Source: Lama guanicoe
Lineage: Eukaryota
Direction of reading: 5' to 3'
Assembly (NCBI GenBank): GCA_013239625.1
Contig: MU054391.1
Location: forward strand, 8,031,095-8,095,094
DNA: 64,000 nt
Shown: positions 1-10,900 of the stretch, in pieces
Layout of the letters: each line of letters opens with the position of its first letter
Numbering within the stretch: the stretch's first letter is position 1
Program-made: the position numbers and the translations under genes
The notes under the pieces: generated by a model
The model's input: only the letters and a program-made list of their open reading frames with translations
Database searches by the model: none
Told to the model about the DNA's origin: nothing

Positions 1-249
1 GATAATTTTGCTTATACAAAATAGCAGACTGCAAACTCAAACCAAGAAAAACAAACAGGCAGATGGAACGAGTGGAGAAGGCACTGGCACAGCTGTGAGC
101 AAGATTTAGATACCCAGATGCGACATCATTTGGGGGGAGGGGTGGGAGAGGAAGAGAATCTAAAAAAAAAAAAAAAAAAATCTAGAAACAGAAAAGATAC
201 TGGAGAATAGGGAGTTCCTCTCCCCATCTCTCCACCTGCAGGTTAAGCC

Positions 250-720
250 TCTTCACATCCACCTCCTCCTACGGCGGCTGCTGAAAGTCATCTCCCGGGG
301 ACGGGAGGAGAGGACGCGAGGACAGAGAGAGATGAGCAGGAGGCAGTCCCAGCAGAGAAGGCGGCGACGGTGAAGCCAACAGCTCTGACTGCAGTGCAAG
401 AAGAACGACGCAGCCCTTGCCCAGAAGAGGGTGAACAGGAGTGCTTGGCTTTATTATCAGCAGCATTATTTAGATAACCACACACGTGCATGGCTGTCTT
501 TCTAGACTGAGCCACGGGCGTGGGAAGGGCGCGAGAGAGTAACACCGCGCATGCGCGTGGGGGCTCTGCTCTGCATGAACCGCCGTGATGGAGACTGGGC
601 AGGTCACCCTCGTCAGTCCCCCTGCACCACCACCAACAGCACACAAACTCAGTGCCGTACTGTCTTCCTTATTTTGGGGGGTTAGGAACGTGTAGGTCTA
701 AGGGGAGGAGCCGGGATTTC
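250..720. promoter_or_regulatory. Promoter-like / 5'-exon-like unique block with retained CpGs
   Basis: Repeat-free and locally CpG-rich. Perfect palindrome CGCGCATGCGCG (546-557) contains the NRF1 consensus GCGCATGCGC. Two GATA sites (TTATCA ~454, AGATAA ~472) and a CACGTG E-box (~483) lie nearby. Gene identity not recognised. Confidence 0.45.
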
Positions 721-2307
721 AACGTGGGTCTTTATCACGTTCTAGAGCGGCGACTTCTGCAACCACTTCAGTACAAACACAAGTCAGTCTCTAGAAGAAA
801 CACTTCTGTCATGTCAAAACCAAATGTGACACCAGAAGGGAGCAGCAGTGGGTGCTTTAGCAAACAGTCGCTCAGAAGAGAAAGATCTGTTGGCCAGAGG
901 AGACTCGCGGAATGAAACCTCCCTCTGCCCCGCCTCTGGAGCACCGCGTTTTCACTTCTCTCCCAGTGTGAGCGCATCATTTTTCTTCTTTTACAGCTGG
1001 CTGTTCATGCATTTTCACTCTCACTCTAATGTGAGAGCCCCTGGGGGGCAATCTTGGGCCTTACTCATCCTCATAGACCCAGACCCAGGAAAGAGCCTGA
1101 CCCTACCTGGGCAACGGCCACCTCCCGGAAGCCCCACTGACGTTGGCTGGTGTGCGAGGAGGCGGAGCTGTGTGTCCAGGAGTTCCCCACCGAGCAGGTG
1201 GGCAGTGGATGATGGCAAAGGATGGCCCTGCTCCAACGAGCCAGCTTCCAGGAAGTTCCCAGCCACATTCACATCTCCCTCCCCTGAATCCTCAGGGCAA
1301 TCTATTTGCTGTGCCCCGTGGCCCCCAGACCATCACATTCTCCTCCCAGTCCTGTGTACCAGGTGGACATTTATCCCTGGAGCTATTTATGCCCACGGCT
1401 GGTTTTCCTCTTAGCTTCCTTGACATGACCTGGTCAAGCAAAGTGATCACGTATTTTGAACAAAAGAATGTGCTTCTTTTCTAAACAAAATTTCCTTATT
1501 TACAAAGTGTAGCTCAAAAACTTCTTTCACAGATCATCGATACTAATGCCACTTTTTCCCCATGATGGATTACTTTATCCCCTTCCCAAAGCCCCTGGAA
1601 GGACACAGGAGGGCTGGAATCCTTGAGTGGGGGTGTGACTCTTTCCTGGTGGCAACAGGACCTCTCAGCCCTGTTGCCACAGGAAATAAAGCAGAGTTCC
1701 CATATCTTGGAGGTTATGTCTCTTCGTGGGAAGAGAAAAACCGTCGCCCTGCATTCCAGCTCCTGGGCTGTTTGCACCAGCTATTTTGGGGAAGGGGAAA
1801 GCCAGGCTCACAACACTTTCCCCAGAGAAAAGATGCCAATGTCAGTGTCAACCATTAGGAAATGCCATTAAAGCAGATGAGAAACGGGCTGTGGACATTT
1901 TTATGAGCCCAGAATACTCTGCTTGGAGATTTTATGGAGACCACAGGAAGCCAGAGAGACAATGACATTCATACCCTTTTTTAGAGTCTGGTGAGGAGCA
2001 GTTTTTTTTTTTTTTTTTGTCCTCAACAGAGTGTGTTTTTTGAAAAGGGAAAGTTACTGCTGAGGGCCACGTCCAAGTAAACCTTATTCAGAGAATTTGT
2101 TGATCTGTTAGGGATAGAATGCTCTGGGCCAAGTAGCTGTGGGCTCAGTGCCCAAATCCTTCCAGAACTGCAAAGACGATTCTTCGTTTTGATTCCAGGA
2201 TCCTCTGGGAACTGGTCTGTAGAGAATGCTATTCTGCTTAAACCTCTGTGGTTGCAACAGTTCATCTGTAATCGCTCTGTATTTGTTTTCCTTTTTTTTT
2301 TTTTTTT

Positions 2308-2825
2308 NNNNNNNNNNNNNNNNNNNNNNNNNNNNNNNNNNNNNNNNNNNNNNNNNNNNNNNNNNNNNNNNNNNNNNNNNNNNNNNNNNNNNNNNNNNNN
2401 NNNNNNNNNNNNNNNNNNNNNNNNNNNNNNNNNNNNNNNNNNNNNNNNNNNNNNNNNNNNNNNNNNNNNNNNNNNNNNNNNNNNNNNNNNNNNNNNNNNN
2501 NNNNNNNNNNNNNNNNNNNNNNNNNNNNNNNNNNNNNNNNNNNNNNNNNNNNNNNNNNNNNNNNNNNNNNNNNNNNNNNNNNNNNNNNNNNNNNNNNNNN
2601 NNNNNNNNNNNNNNNNNNNNNNNNNNNNNNNNNNNNNNNNNNNNNNNNNNNNNNNNNNNNNNNNNNNNNNNNNNNNNNNNNNNNNNNNNNNNNNNNNNNN
2701 NNNNNNNNNNNNNNNNNNNNNNNNNNNNNNNNNNNNNNNNNNNNNNNNNNNNNNNNNNNNNNNNNNNNNNNNNNNNNNNNNNNNNNNNNNNNNNNNNNNN
2801 NNNNNNNNNNNNNNNNNNNNNNNNN
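2308..2825. other. Assembly gap (518 N) flanked by poly-T on both sides
   Basis: N run seen directly. Confidence 0.99.
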
Positions 2826-3349
2826 TTTTTTTTTTTTTTTCACACGACACGATGGAGTTCAGAAAGGTTGAGAAACTTGCGCAGACGTACAATGGTCGGC
2901 ACTGGGGTCAGCCTTCAACTCTGCACTTTCCTCCGTATCACGTTTCCTCTCCACCCAGGCCCAGAGATGCAGATTTAAGGCAGGGACAGGGAAAAGGGCC
3001 ACACAAATAAAACTGTCCCCAGGTGAGGTGTCATGGGCCTTTATGGAGGTCTCCCAGCTCAGCAGAAATATTTCCTTCTGTCGGTCAGGAGCTGCGTTTC
3101 CAAGGCATTGATCCACACAGCGAAATAGGAGGTAGGTGGGCAAATTCCTGGCAGTTTGCTTTCTGCCTTCACAGTATTGCAACCGTGTCTTTTCCCTGGA
3201 GTCCCAGGAGAGGGAAGGGGCAGATCATCCAGAATATTCCTGAAATGCAGAGCTTTTCTATTTATATTGCCATCTTGTGGTCATGCTGTGTTACTGCAGT
3301 CTGCATTGCCTCACGAGCTGAACATTCAGCATTAACAATCTTCCTTTTA

Positions 3350-3480
3350 CATTTCCATGTATTCATTGAACCAGATGTTTCTAAGCCCTTGGTAGGTGCC
3401 AGGCACTGTCTAGGCACTTGAGAATATTAGGACAGACTTACAGCAGAACTGTGGGAAAGACCAAAAAGAAGCAATTATAG
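3350..3480 (-). mobile_element. L2 LINE 3' fragment
   Basis: attcattgaa...gtgccaggcactgtctaggcact matches the reverse complement of the L2 3' terminus. Confidence 0.6.
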
Positions 3481-3574
3481 CAGCTCACTTCGGATAAATT
3501 TAAGGACTCGAATTCGGGGAGCACCTGCTGCGCAGCGTACCAAGAATTCAGCAACAACGGTGCTGTCCGTGCTG

Positions 3575-3755
3575 CATCTGTTGCTCTATCTTATCTCCAC
3601 GATGACCCGACCTGGCGACCATCCTCATTCACATTTCCGATTTGAGGGAACTAAAGCTATGAGAGGTTATTTAAACTATCCAAGTTTTAAAAAGCTCGTA
3701 GGTGGTGAAGTTAGGGCTTAGAAAACTGACGGTTCTTATCTCAGAGTCCAAACCA
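3575..3755 (-). mobile_element. MIR SINE (degenerate)
   Basis: gagggaactaaagctatgagaggtt...ctcagagtcc resembles the MIR core (reverse complement). Confidence 0.55.
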
Positions 3756-3946
3756 CACTGTTCTGTGTGCAAACCGCAGGTGGAGATTAACGCCAATGGT
3801 GAGGTGACATTTGAGAACGACTTATAGAACGGCCATCCAGGAGGATTTAACCCGTGAAAATAACGGGTTATTAAACTTTCCAGATGTCTAGAGGTTACAT
3901 TCTATTCAACTTAGTTCAGTTCTCCAGCGAGCTCGCAATCTCTCCA

Positions 3947-3970
3947 AACCAGCCAACCAACCAACCAACC
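3947..3970. repeat. (AACC)n microsatellite, one interruption
   Basis: aaccagccaaccaaccaaccaacc. Confidence 0.85.
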
Positions 3971-4099
3971 ACACTGTTAACATCCTTGTGTCTACACTTC
4001 AGCTGGGTTTCTTGTACAAACTCATAAACACGTGTATATATAAACAAAAAAGGGAATCATGTTGTAAGTACTGCGCTGTAACAAGCTTGCTTTATCTAA

Positions 4100-4681
4100 T
4101 TTATCAGATTTCTATTGCTGTCTATCAAATTATCACTTCGTGGCTCGACCATTTATCTCATTGTTCTACAGGTCGGAAGTCCAGGCAGGCTCGATGGGTT
4201 CTCTGCTTAGGGTCTCAACAGGGTCAAAGTCAAGGTGTCTGTGGCATTGGGCTTGGGGCTGAAGGGTCTACAGGAGAATCTGCTTCTGAGCTCATTCAGG
4301 CTGTTGGCAGAATGCCGTTCTTTGTGGTCGCGGGACTGAGAGCCCCTTTTTCTTGCTGGGTGGTGGCCAGAGACCAGTCTCTGTACCTGGAGGCAGCCCT
4401 CAGGTCCTTGTCAGTGGCCCCATCACAGCAGTGGAGAGCCTCCCACAGCGCCAGTCTCTGCTCCTGACTTCCCTTTCGGTGACTATCTGGAGAAATCTCT
4501 CCGTTTTAAAGGGCTCTTGTCAGTAAGTCAGGTCCACCCAGATAATCTTCCCCAAGTTAAGTTCGACCAAGTAGTACCCCGCGTTACAATGCAAAATCCC
4601 ACTTGCTGTGTAATGTAACATACCATGGGAGTGCCCCCGGGGACGGAAGTCACGGGCCATCTTAGAATCCTGCCCCCTGCA
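4100..4681 (-). mobile_element. MLT1 (ERVL-MaLR) solo LTR, MLT1D/E-like
   Basis: ttctattgctg...aggagaatctgcttctgagctcattcaggctgttggcagaat...atcttagaatcctgcc matches hallmark MLT1 LTR motifs in reverse. Confidence 0.8.
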
Positions 4682-4859
4682 TTTTACAATCATGCTTTCT
4701 ATGCATATTTACTGAGGGTCTGCTGTGGGCTAGATTCTTGGCCCTCGAGCTGTGACAGTGAACAAAACGGACGAGACCCTGCATTCATGGAGCGGACATG
4801 CTAGTGTTCTGGAAAGAGGATCGATTTGCATTTCATGAAACATCCTCGTGCTTTTCCAC

Positions 4860-5790
4860 TATTTATGGCTGTGCAGTCCCACGGTACAAATGTACCATAC
4901 CTGAAACAAACTAATTCCAGTTATTGGGCAGTTGATATTCACTTCTATTTTTGAATTTATAAACAACACTGCAGGGATGTTCTTTTATCAGATAGGTGCC
5001 TGGAGATGGAATGCCTGAGCCAAAGTGTATGATTTTGATTCTTGTTATTTAATTGCTTCCTGGAAACATTTCTGCCAATATTGCTATTTTTTTTTCATCT
5101 TTGCAAATCTTTCTAGTTAGATTGAACATTTTATATATATATATATAGCGAGAGAGAGAGAGAGAGAGAGAGAATATCTGTAACTCTTTTATGTTTTTCC
5201 TGTTCACATTTTTTCCCACTAGATTTCTTTTCTTTTTTGAATCATTTTGTTAGAGTTCTTTAAATATTAAGGCATTAATTCTTCTGTCATATACACTGCA
5301 CATTTTATCCCAGTTCATTGTCTTATGATTTTATTTATGACATCTTTTGATAGGAGGGATTTTTAAAATCCAACTTTTTCATGTTTTTCTTTATGGTTGT
5401 GCTTTTCGGTAAAGCCCTTTTCACCCCTTTATATAAGTATGCACATATATTTTCTTTCAAGTTTATTTTTATTATGGAAATATTTAACTTGGCCCTAAAT
5501 TAGGAATTTTACCTTATTTTTCAAAAGGGTAACCAGTTGCTCTGCCACTATTTCATGAATAAACCAAATATTTCAACATGTCCAAATGTTTCTTCTGGAC
5601 TTACAGCTCCACTGCGCGGGGTCTCCTGGGTGACCCGCACGCTACCTTGTTAGAGCTTTATGGGGCTTCCATGTCTGATAAGCCAAGTCCTTTATCGTTA
5701 CTCCTACAGTAAATAGGAAAAGGTCTGGCCATCCTCACAGTTTATCCTTTCAGATGTGCCATAAATATAATTGTTAATTCAAATGCAGAC
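4860..5790 (-). mobile_element. Old L1M (L1ME-like) fragments with an embedded (TA)n(GA)n microsatellite at ~5131-5172
   Basis: T-rich degenerate L1 ORF2/3' sequence (e.g. ttctttaaatattaaggcattaatt, ccagttgctctgccactattt). Confidence 0.6.
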
Positions 5791-5914
5791 TTTCAGTGTT
5801 CCATATGAACATGAGAACAGCACGGGAAGGAAAGTCAGCTTTAGAATCAAGATGAATTAACTTCGCGTATCCCTGCGCTTTCTCCCAGCCCACCCACAGG
5901 CCCCCGTTAGAGAT

Positions 5915-6830
5915 CCCCCCAGAGTATCTGTTGAAAACCTCCCTCCGTCTGTGTCTTTTACTTCTTCATCTACCGCCTCCAGTCAGTTACGTATGCCAGC
6001 TGCTCTCACTCACCATTGTTTGAAGTACATCAGTTGTGTTCCAGGCGCCCACTGGCTTGGTCCTGGTGGTCAGTACTTGGCTAGTCTGTTGAGTGGCCTC
6101 CTAACCGTCTCTGCTGTCTTCGGTCCCTTCTCCAGAGGGACCACCACAATGATCGTCTCAAAGGCTGACCTGATCACGTCTCTTCCGCTTTTAAGACTTG
6201 CAACTGCCCCTCATCACCTGCGATACAAGAAGTACAAAATCCTTAGTCTAGACTTCACACGCTGGTCTTTATCTATCTTTCCGACTCCATCTCCCCTCAG
6301 ACCCTGTCTTCCAACTTTATTCTACTTGCTCCTCCCTCCCTCCCTCCCCCCACCAGGCTATTCTTACCTCACTTCCTTGGATTTTTTTTTTAATTGAACT
6401 GTAGTTGACTTACAAATTGTAATAGTTTCAGATGCACAGCAAAGTGATTCAGGTGCGTGTATATCTTTCCTTTTTTGATGCAGTTTCCTGACATGCCCTT
6501 CCTGGTGCGCCAGCTTCCCGTGTGAATGAGCTCACACCTGCCTCTGCTTTAAGACTGAGCTCCGACCTTACCTTCTTCAAGTAGCGCTCTGTGACAGTCC
6601 CCAGTTCCTCCTCCCCCACAGTCCACCCCAGACCCTCCCCCACTCCACATTCCCAAACACGTGGAGAGCAGGTGAGTGATCTTCATAGTCTCACGTCGTT
6701 ATCAAAACCTCTCCACACAACATTATCGTTTTCTATTTAGGTCTTTGTGCTTGATAAACATAAATTGCATGATGGTTCAGGCCACATCTTGTTGATGTAT
6801 AAGTTTACAGACTGTAATTATGGAAAAACC
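5915..6830 (+). mobile_element. L2 LINE fragment, interrupted by a short L1 tail
   Basis: ggcctcctaaccgtctctgc...ctgatcacgtctcttccgcttttaagactt...aaaatcctta is typical L2 internal/3' sequence. Confidence 0.7.
6383..6476 (-). mobile_element. 5'-truncated artiodactyl-type L1 3' tail
   Basis: tttttaattgaactgtagttgacttacaa...tagtttcagatgcacagcaaagtgattcag is the reverse complement of an L1 3' end plus poly-A. Confidence 0.75.
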
Positions 6831-7306
6831 TAATAAATACATGTGTATATGTATATATACTCTCTCATAGCTGTTTAAGCTTCGATAAACTCCTGCCAGA
6901 ATTCATCATCTTTATCCATCCCTTTCTTCAGTACCTACCACCTCTCCCAGTTTCACACTCTCTGTTTTGATCACGGCCCTTAAAAGCAATCTGAACTCTG
7001 CTTTGAAGGATGGAATAATTCTTTGGGGAAATTTTGTCTTGCCAGTCGAGCAGAGCTGGCATGGATTTTGTGAGTCGGTTCTCTCCTATTGCAAATTTCG
7101 GAGTCTAAAAAAACTAAGAGGAGCAGGACATTTTTTCTTCCAGGTTAAAGAGTATCTTTAATACCAAGTTCTCATGTGTTAACACTTCCTGGAGCCCCAG
7201 TGCCCACAGTTCCTGGGAGACAAGAAGGAGCTTTCATCGAAAATATTCTGCTTGGCTCTGCAGACCTCTCTGAAATTAACTTTCCGAGTTATCCAGGCCA
7301 CTCTAG

Positions 7307-7320
7307 GTTGCTATGGAAAC
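7307..7320. promoter_or_regulatory. RFX X-box motif GTTGCTATGGAAAC
   Basis: Matches the canonical X-box GTTGCYATGGMAAC, in unique sequence. Confidence 0.55.
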
Positions 7321-7421
7321 CAACATGTCAGATCAGCAAAAAATAAGATAGAGATTTGGAAGAAGTCACTGACGCTTCAGCCTCCTTTTCAGTCTCTCTC
7401 TCATTCTCTTTTTGCACAGAC

Positions 7422-7470
7422 ATGTGTGTGTATGTGTGTTTGTGTGCATGTGTGTGCGTGAGTGTTTGTG
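7422..7470. repeat. Imperfect (TG)n microsatellite
   Basis: tgtgtgtgtatgtgtgtttgtgtgcatgtgtgtgcgtgagtgtttgtg. Confidence 0.85.
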
Positions 7471-8191
7471 CATGACTCTGCCTGGATGAGAGCTTGGTGT
7501 GAAAAACCACCTTGTCCCTTTTCCACTGAGTGTGCGTAAAGCGTTGGGGCTCCCCAGCTGGTTTTTAATACTGTCAGGGTCGGGGGCTTCTTATGAAAGT
7601 CACCCCAGCCTAGAGGACTGCAAAGAGAGCATTACTTTTCTTATTAGCATCTAAATGGGCTCCAGAGAAGAAAGAGTTATGTAAGGAGAAATTACCCACT
7701 GTCAGTCCTGAGGACTAAGCCACATTCCACAGAAAGGAAAATAAAAAACTGCGGTCAGTATTTTGCTAATGTCTCTGCTGTTAATACAGGGCCCCAGTCC
7801 AGAGCCAGAGAAAACATGTCATTCAGACCTCGGAGGAGGCTCTTGTAAAAGTCCCTATTTCAGCTTGGTCAGGGAACCCACCCAGGCGGCGCAGCGGGAA
7901 ATGTTTCCAGCCTGAGAAATTGCGGCTAGATGCTCCAGTTGCTCTGGGCTCTAGTTTGGAATGAATTAGACTAATGAGAAAAGCCCAGTTGCTGGCTCTT
8001 ATTCAGGCTTTCATTCACCAGGATGGTGAGGCAGACAAGCTCTGGGGTTCTCGAATGTTCCTGGCTGCTTTCTATACACACTGGGGTTGGAGAGAGAGAG
8101 GGTGGCCCCTGGTTGCTGAGATATTTAGGGCAATGTGTGATGTGAGTAAAGTCTGGAATTCAAACCCCTTAGGGAGGAAGTGGACAGTTCT

Positions 8192-8400
8192 GAGCACTGA
8201 TTGCCCACCAGGTACCGTCCCAAAGTGTCTCAAACACAGTTTATGAAGTTCATTTAGTTCTCACGTCAAGCCTGCATGCTGCACATTGGCCAGGTTTTGC
8301 AGATGCAGAAACTGAGAAACAGAGAGGTTGAATAAAATGCCCAAGGTCACACAGCTAGTGAGACGCCAGTGTGATCTGATCCCAAGCCTTCAGGGCATCA
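8192..8400 (-). mobile_element. MIR SINE
   Basis: ttttgcagatgcagaaactgagaaacagagagg...gcccaaggtcacacagctagtgag is the MIR core. Confidence 0.85.
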
Positions 8401-9084
8401 AACCCTGTTTTTCTTTCCCGTCTTCTTCCCATTATGACACAGTAACTGTTCCGGGGACACATACAATGATGAAAGTGCCCCGTTTATGTACATTGCTGTT
8501 CTTGCCTCGTCACTGCCTGGATATACAAATGATTTTGGAGAGCTCTGTTAGAGACAGCATTAATAACTCCTTGAAACCTAGTCTTTCCCACTGGGAGACT
8601 GAGCAACTGATTTAAGATGAGTCGGGGGAAGAAAATTAAAGTTGAATTTCTTTTCTCCCTCTCTCCTTCCCTCTCAATAATTCAGCAAGTGATTTTTGAA
8701 CAGGTGTTCTGTTCCAGCCTCTGAACTAGGCATAGAGCTAGAGAGATGCGTCCGTTACACTGAATTTCAGTCCCTCTGGGAGAGGAAGGCGTTCCCAGAA
8801 CAGGATGAGGCTTTAGAGTCTTCCTGGATGCAAACTGTTCTGTTACTAGCCGTAGCGGACGGGTTTCTCTTAGCTTCCCTTTGCATGTAGAAGAGTGTCA
8901 AGATTTTCTTTTAGGTGCATCTTTCTAGATATATTGTGGCAAAAAGATGTCAAGCCATTTATCTTTCACTTCACAAATATTTATGGAATGCTGACCTGAT
9001 GGCAGACACCCCTCATGGCACTCCCATGGAGCGAAGGTCTTTGCCCTTGTGGAGAACTCATATTGTCTAATGTTCTAACCATGG

Positions 9085-9310
9085 CAATAACTTCTATAAG
9101 TATTGTGTACTGGGAATCTTTCTAAACATTGTTTATACATTAACATGAGTCAGTCCATCATGACCTAGAGATAATGAAATTATCATTACCATTCTACAGA
9201 TCAGAAAACCGAGGCCCCGGGAGTGAAGGGCATACTAATTGATGTATATGAAGGAACACATGCATGAGTAAATAAAGCAGAGATTCAAGAGATTCAAACT
9301 CAAGTCCCTT
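9085..9310 (-). mobile_element. MIR SINE
   Basis: ccattctacagatcagaaaaccgaggc...agagattcaaactcaagtc. Confidence 0.65.
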
Positions 9311-10569
9311 TCAAATTGGAACCATCACAATCTGCTGCCACTCAAAGCCAGTGGCTTGTCATTCTAGCCCAGTTCCATGGTGTTCTTCATCTAAGACTGG
9401 TGATTTTGACCCATCTCCTTTGTGTTGATGAAATGCTATAGAGAAGGTTCTTTCAGGAATAATGCTACACTGAGGCTGAGAAACAGTTCGGAAGAAGTCA
9501 GACTTGGGGCAAGCCATGAGCCATACATCATACGTGAAACTTTTGAGACTCAAGACCATCAGGGTTTCTCAGATGTAGCAATACCATGGAATTGCGGCTC
9601 GATATTCTGTAAAATTCTAAAATAATCATTAAACATTTCTCCTCCCAGTGACTGGAAATTCTAAGCCATCACTCTGCCCTTGCTCCTTTTACTAGGGTTT
9701 CCTGTTGGTGACGTAAACAGATCTACATGGCTAGCAAACATGCTTCCTGTCACTGTGGATTCACTGAATGCACCATAGGTGTGTATCTTTTAATAGAAAG
9801 AGTAGTGTGTTAGACAGGCACGTGCTGATGTTCCTTTTCACAAAAATCCTTTACACAAGGGCATCCTTACTAATGACGGCATACTCAGAACAAAAGGAGA
9901 ATGACACTAAAGCGATGATGTATGGTGGTGAGGTAGGGATTTCATTTGTCATCATAGGACACCATTATCCTTATCATGGTTGTGCAGCCTGGACAGTCAA
10001 AGTCCTACTGTGGTCCAGCTAAATTTGAGATTAAGGGGATCTTTTCTGGGTAGCCTACGCATTGCAGAAAACAACAAAAAAAGAGAGAGTGGAGAGAGAG
10101 AGAGGGAGAGAGAAAGAAAACAAGGAACAAAAACTGCACAATTTTATTAAAAAATATTAGTACTACAAGATCAATTTGCCCTTTTATTGCTGGTAGTCTA
10201 TAAATCTCTAATGAAAACCAAAACAGTAAATTCAGCTAGGAAGGAGAAATTCAGCGTGTTGTCTGAAATCGGGAGATAGCTTTGGTAACTCGGTAGAAAG
10301 CAAGTATTTTCACACCAGTTCTCCTAGTCCACTTGTCTTCTCAGCACAAGTAATTTAGCAGGCTTATTTATCAGTTTATTCATTGGTAGTCAAAAGTTCT
10401 CAAGCCATGGTGTGGGTGACATGGACTAGGATGACCTCTACACATATTTTAATGGTCGTGGCTTATGCAGTTGCTCAGAGTTGAAGTGTTATATTCGCAT
10501 TGTGTAATACTAGGTATATTTGCTTCTTCCAATGTGCAGTGCTAAGTGCCAAAGACAATATATTTGCTT

Positions 10570-10900
10570 TTCAACTTTTCATTACAACTATAACATACAG
10601 TAAAGTGCACAAAACTTAATGCATTTTTTTTTTGCTTAAAGCAAACATCCCCATGTAACTATCACTCACAAAATATAAAACACTACATAGCGCATGAATT
10701 TTTCACTCGTGCTGCCTTCCAGGTGTCACCGCACTCTATTGTTTCAATCTTTATCACCAGTTTTGTCTGCCCTTGAACTTGTAAATGGAAATAAATAGTA
10801 TTTTTCACTCAATATACTGTCTGTAAGAGCAGTTTATGTTATTGTGTAATAAAAGTTCATTTTTTCATATACGTATTTTTATTCTTGCTTTATTGAACTA
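10570..10900 (-). mobile_element. Old L1M 3' end fragment
   Basis: tataacatacagtaaagtgcacaaaacttaa...ccatgtaactatcac...tttgtctgcccttgaactt..aaatggaat resembles the L1MC/ME 3' UTR. Confidence 0.7.

Noticed and set aside
848..1414. 188-aa plus-strand ORF and overlapping antisense ORFs
   Set aside because: No recognisable domain, a non-ATG start, and the antisense frames I translated are interrupted by stops.
2023..3010. Four long ORFs (193-289 aa) in the ORF track
   Set aside because: Artefacts of reading through the N gap.
3988..4467. 159-aa ORF
   Set aside because: Lies largely within an MLT1 LTR; a chance ORF.
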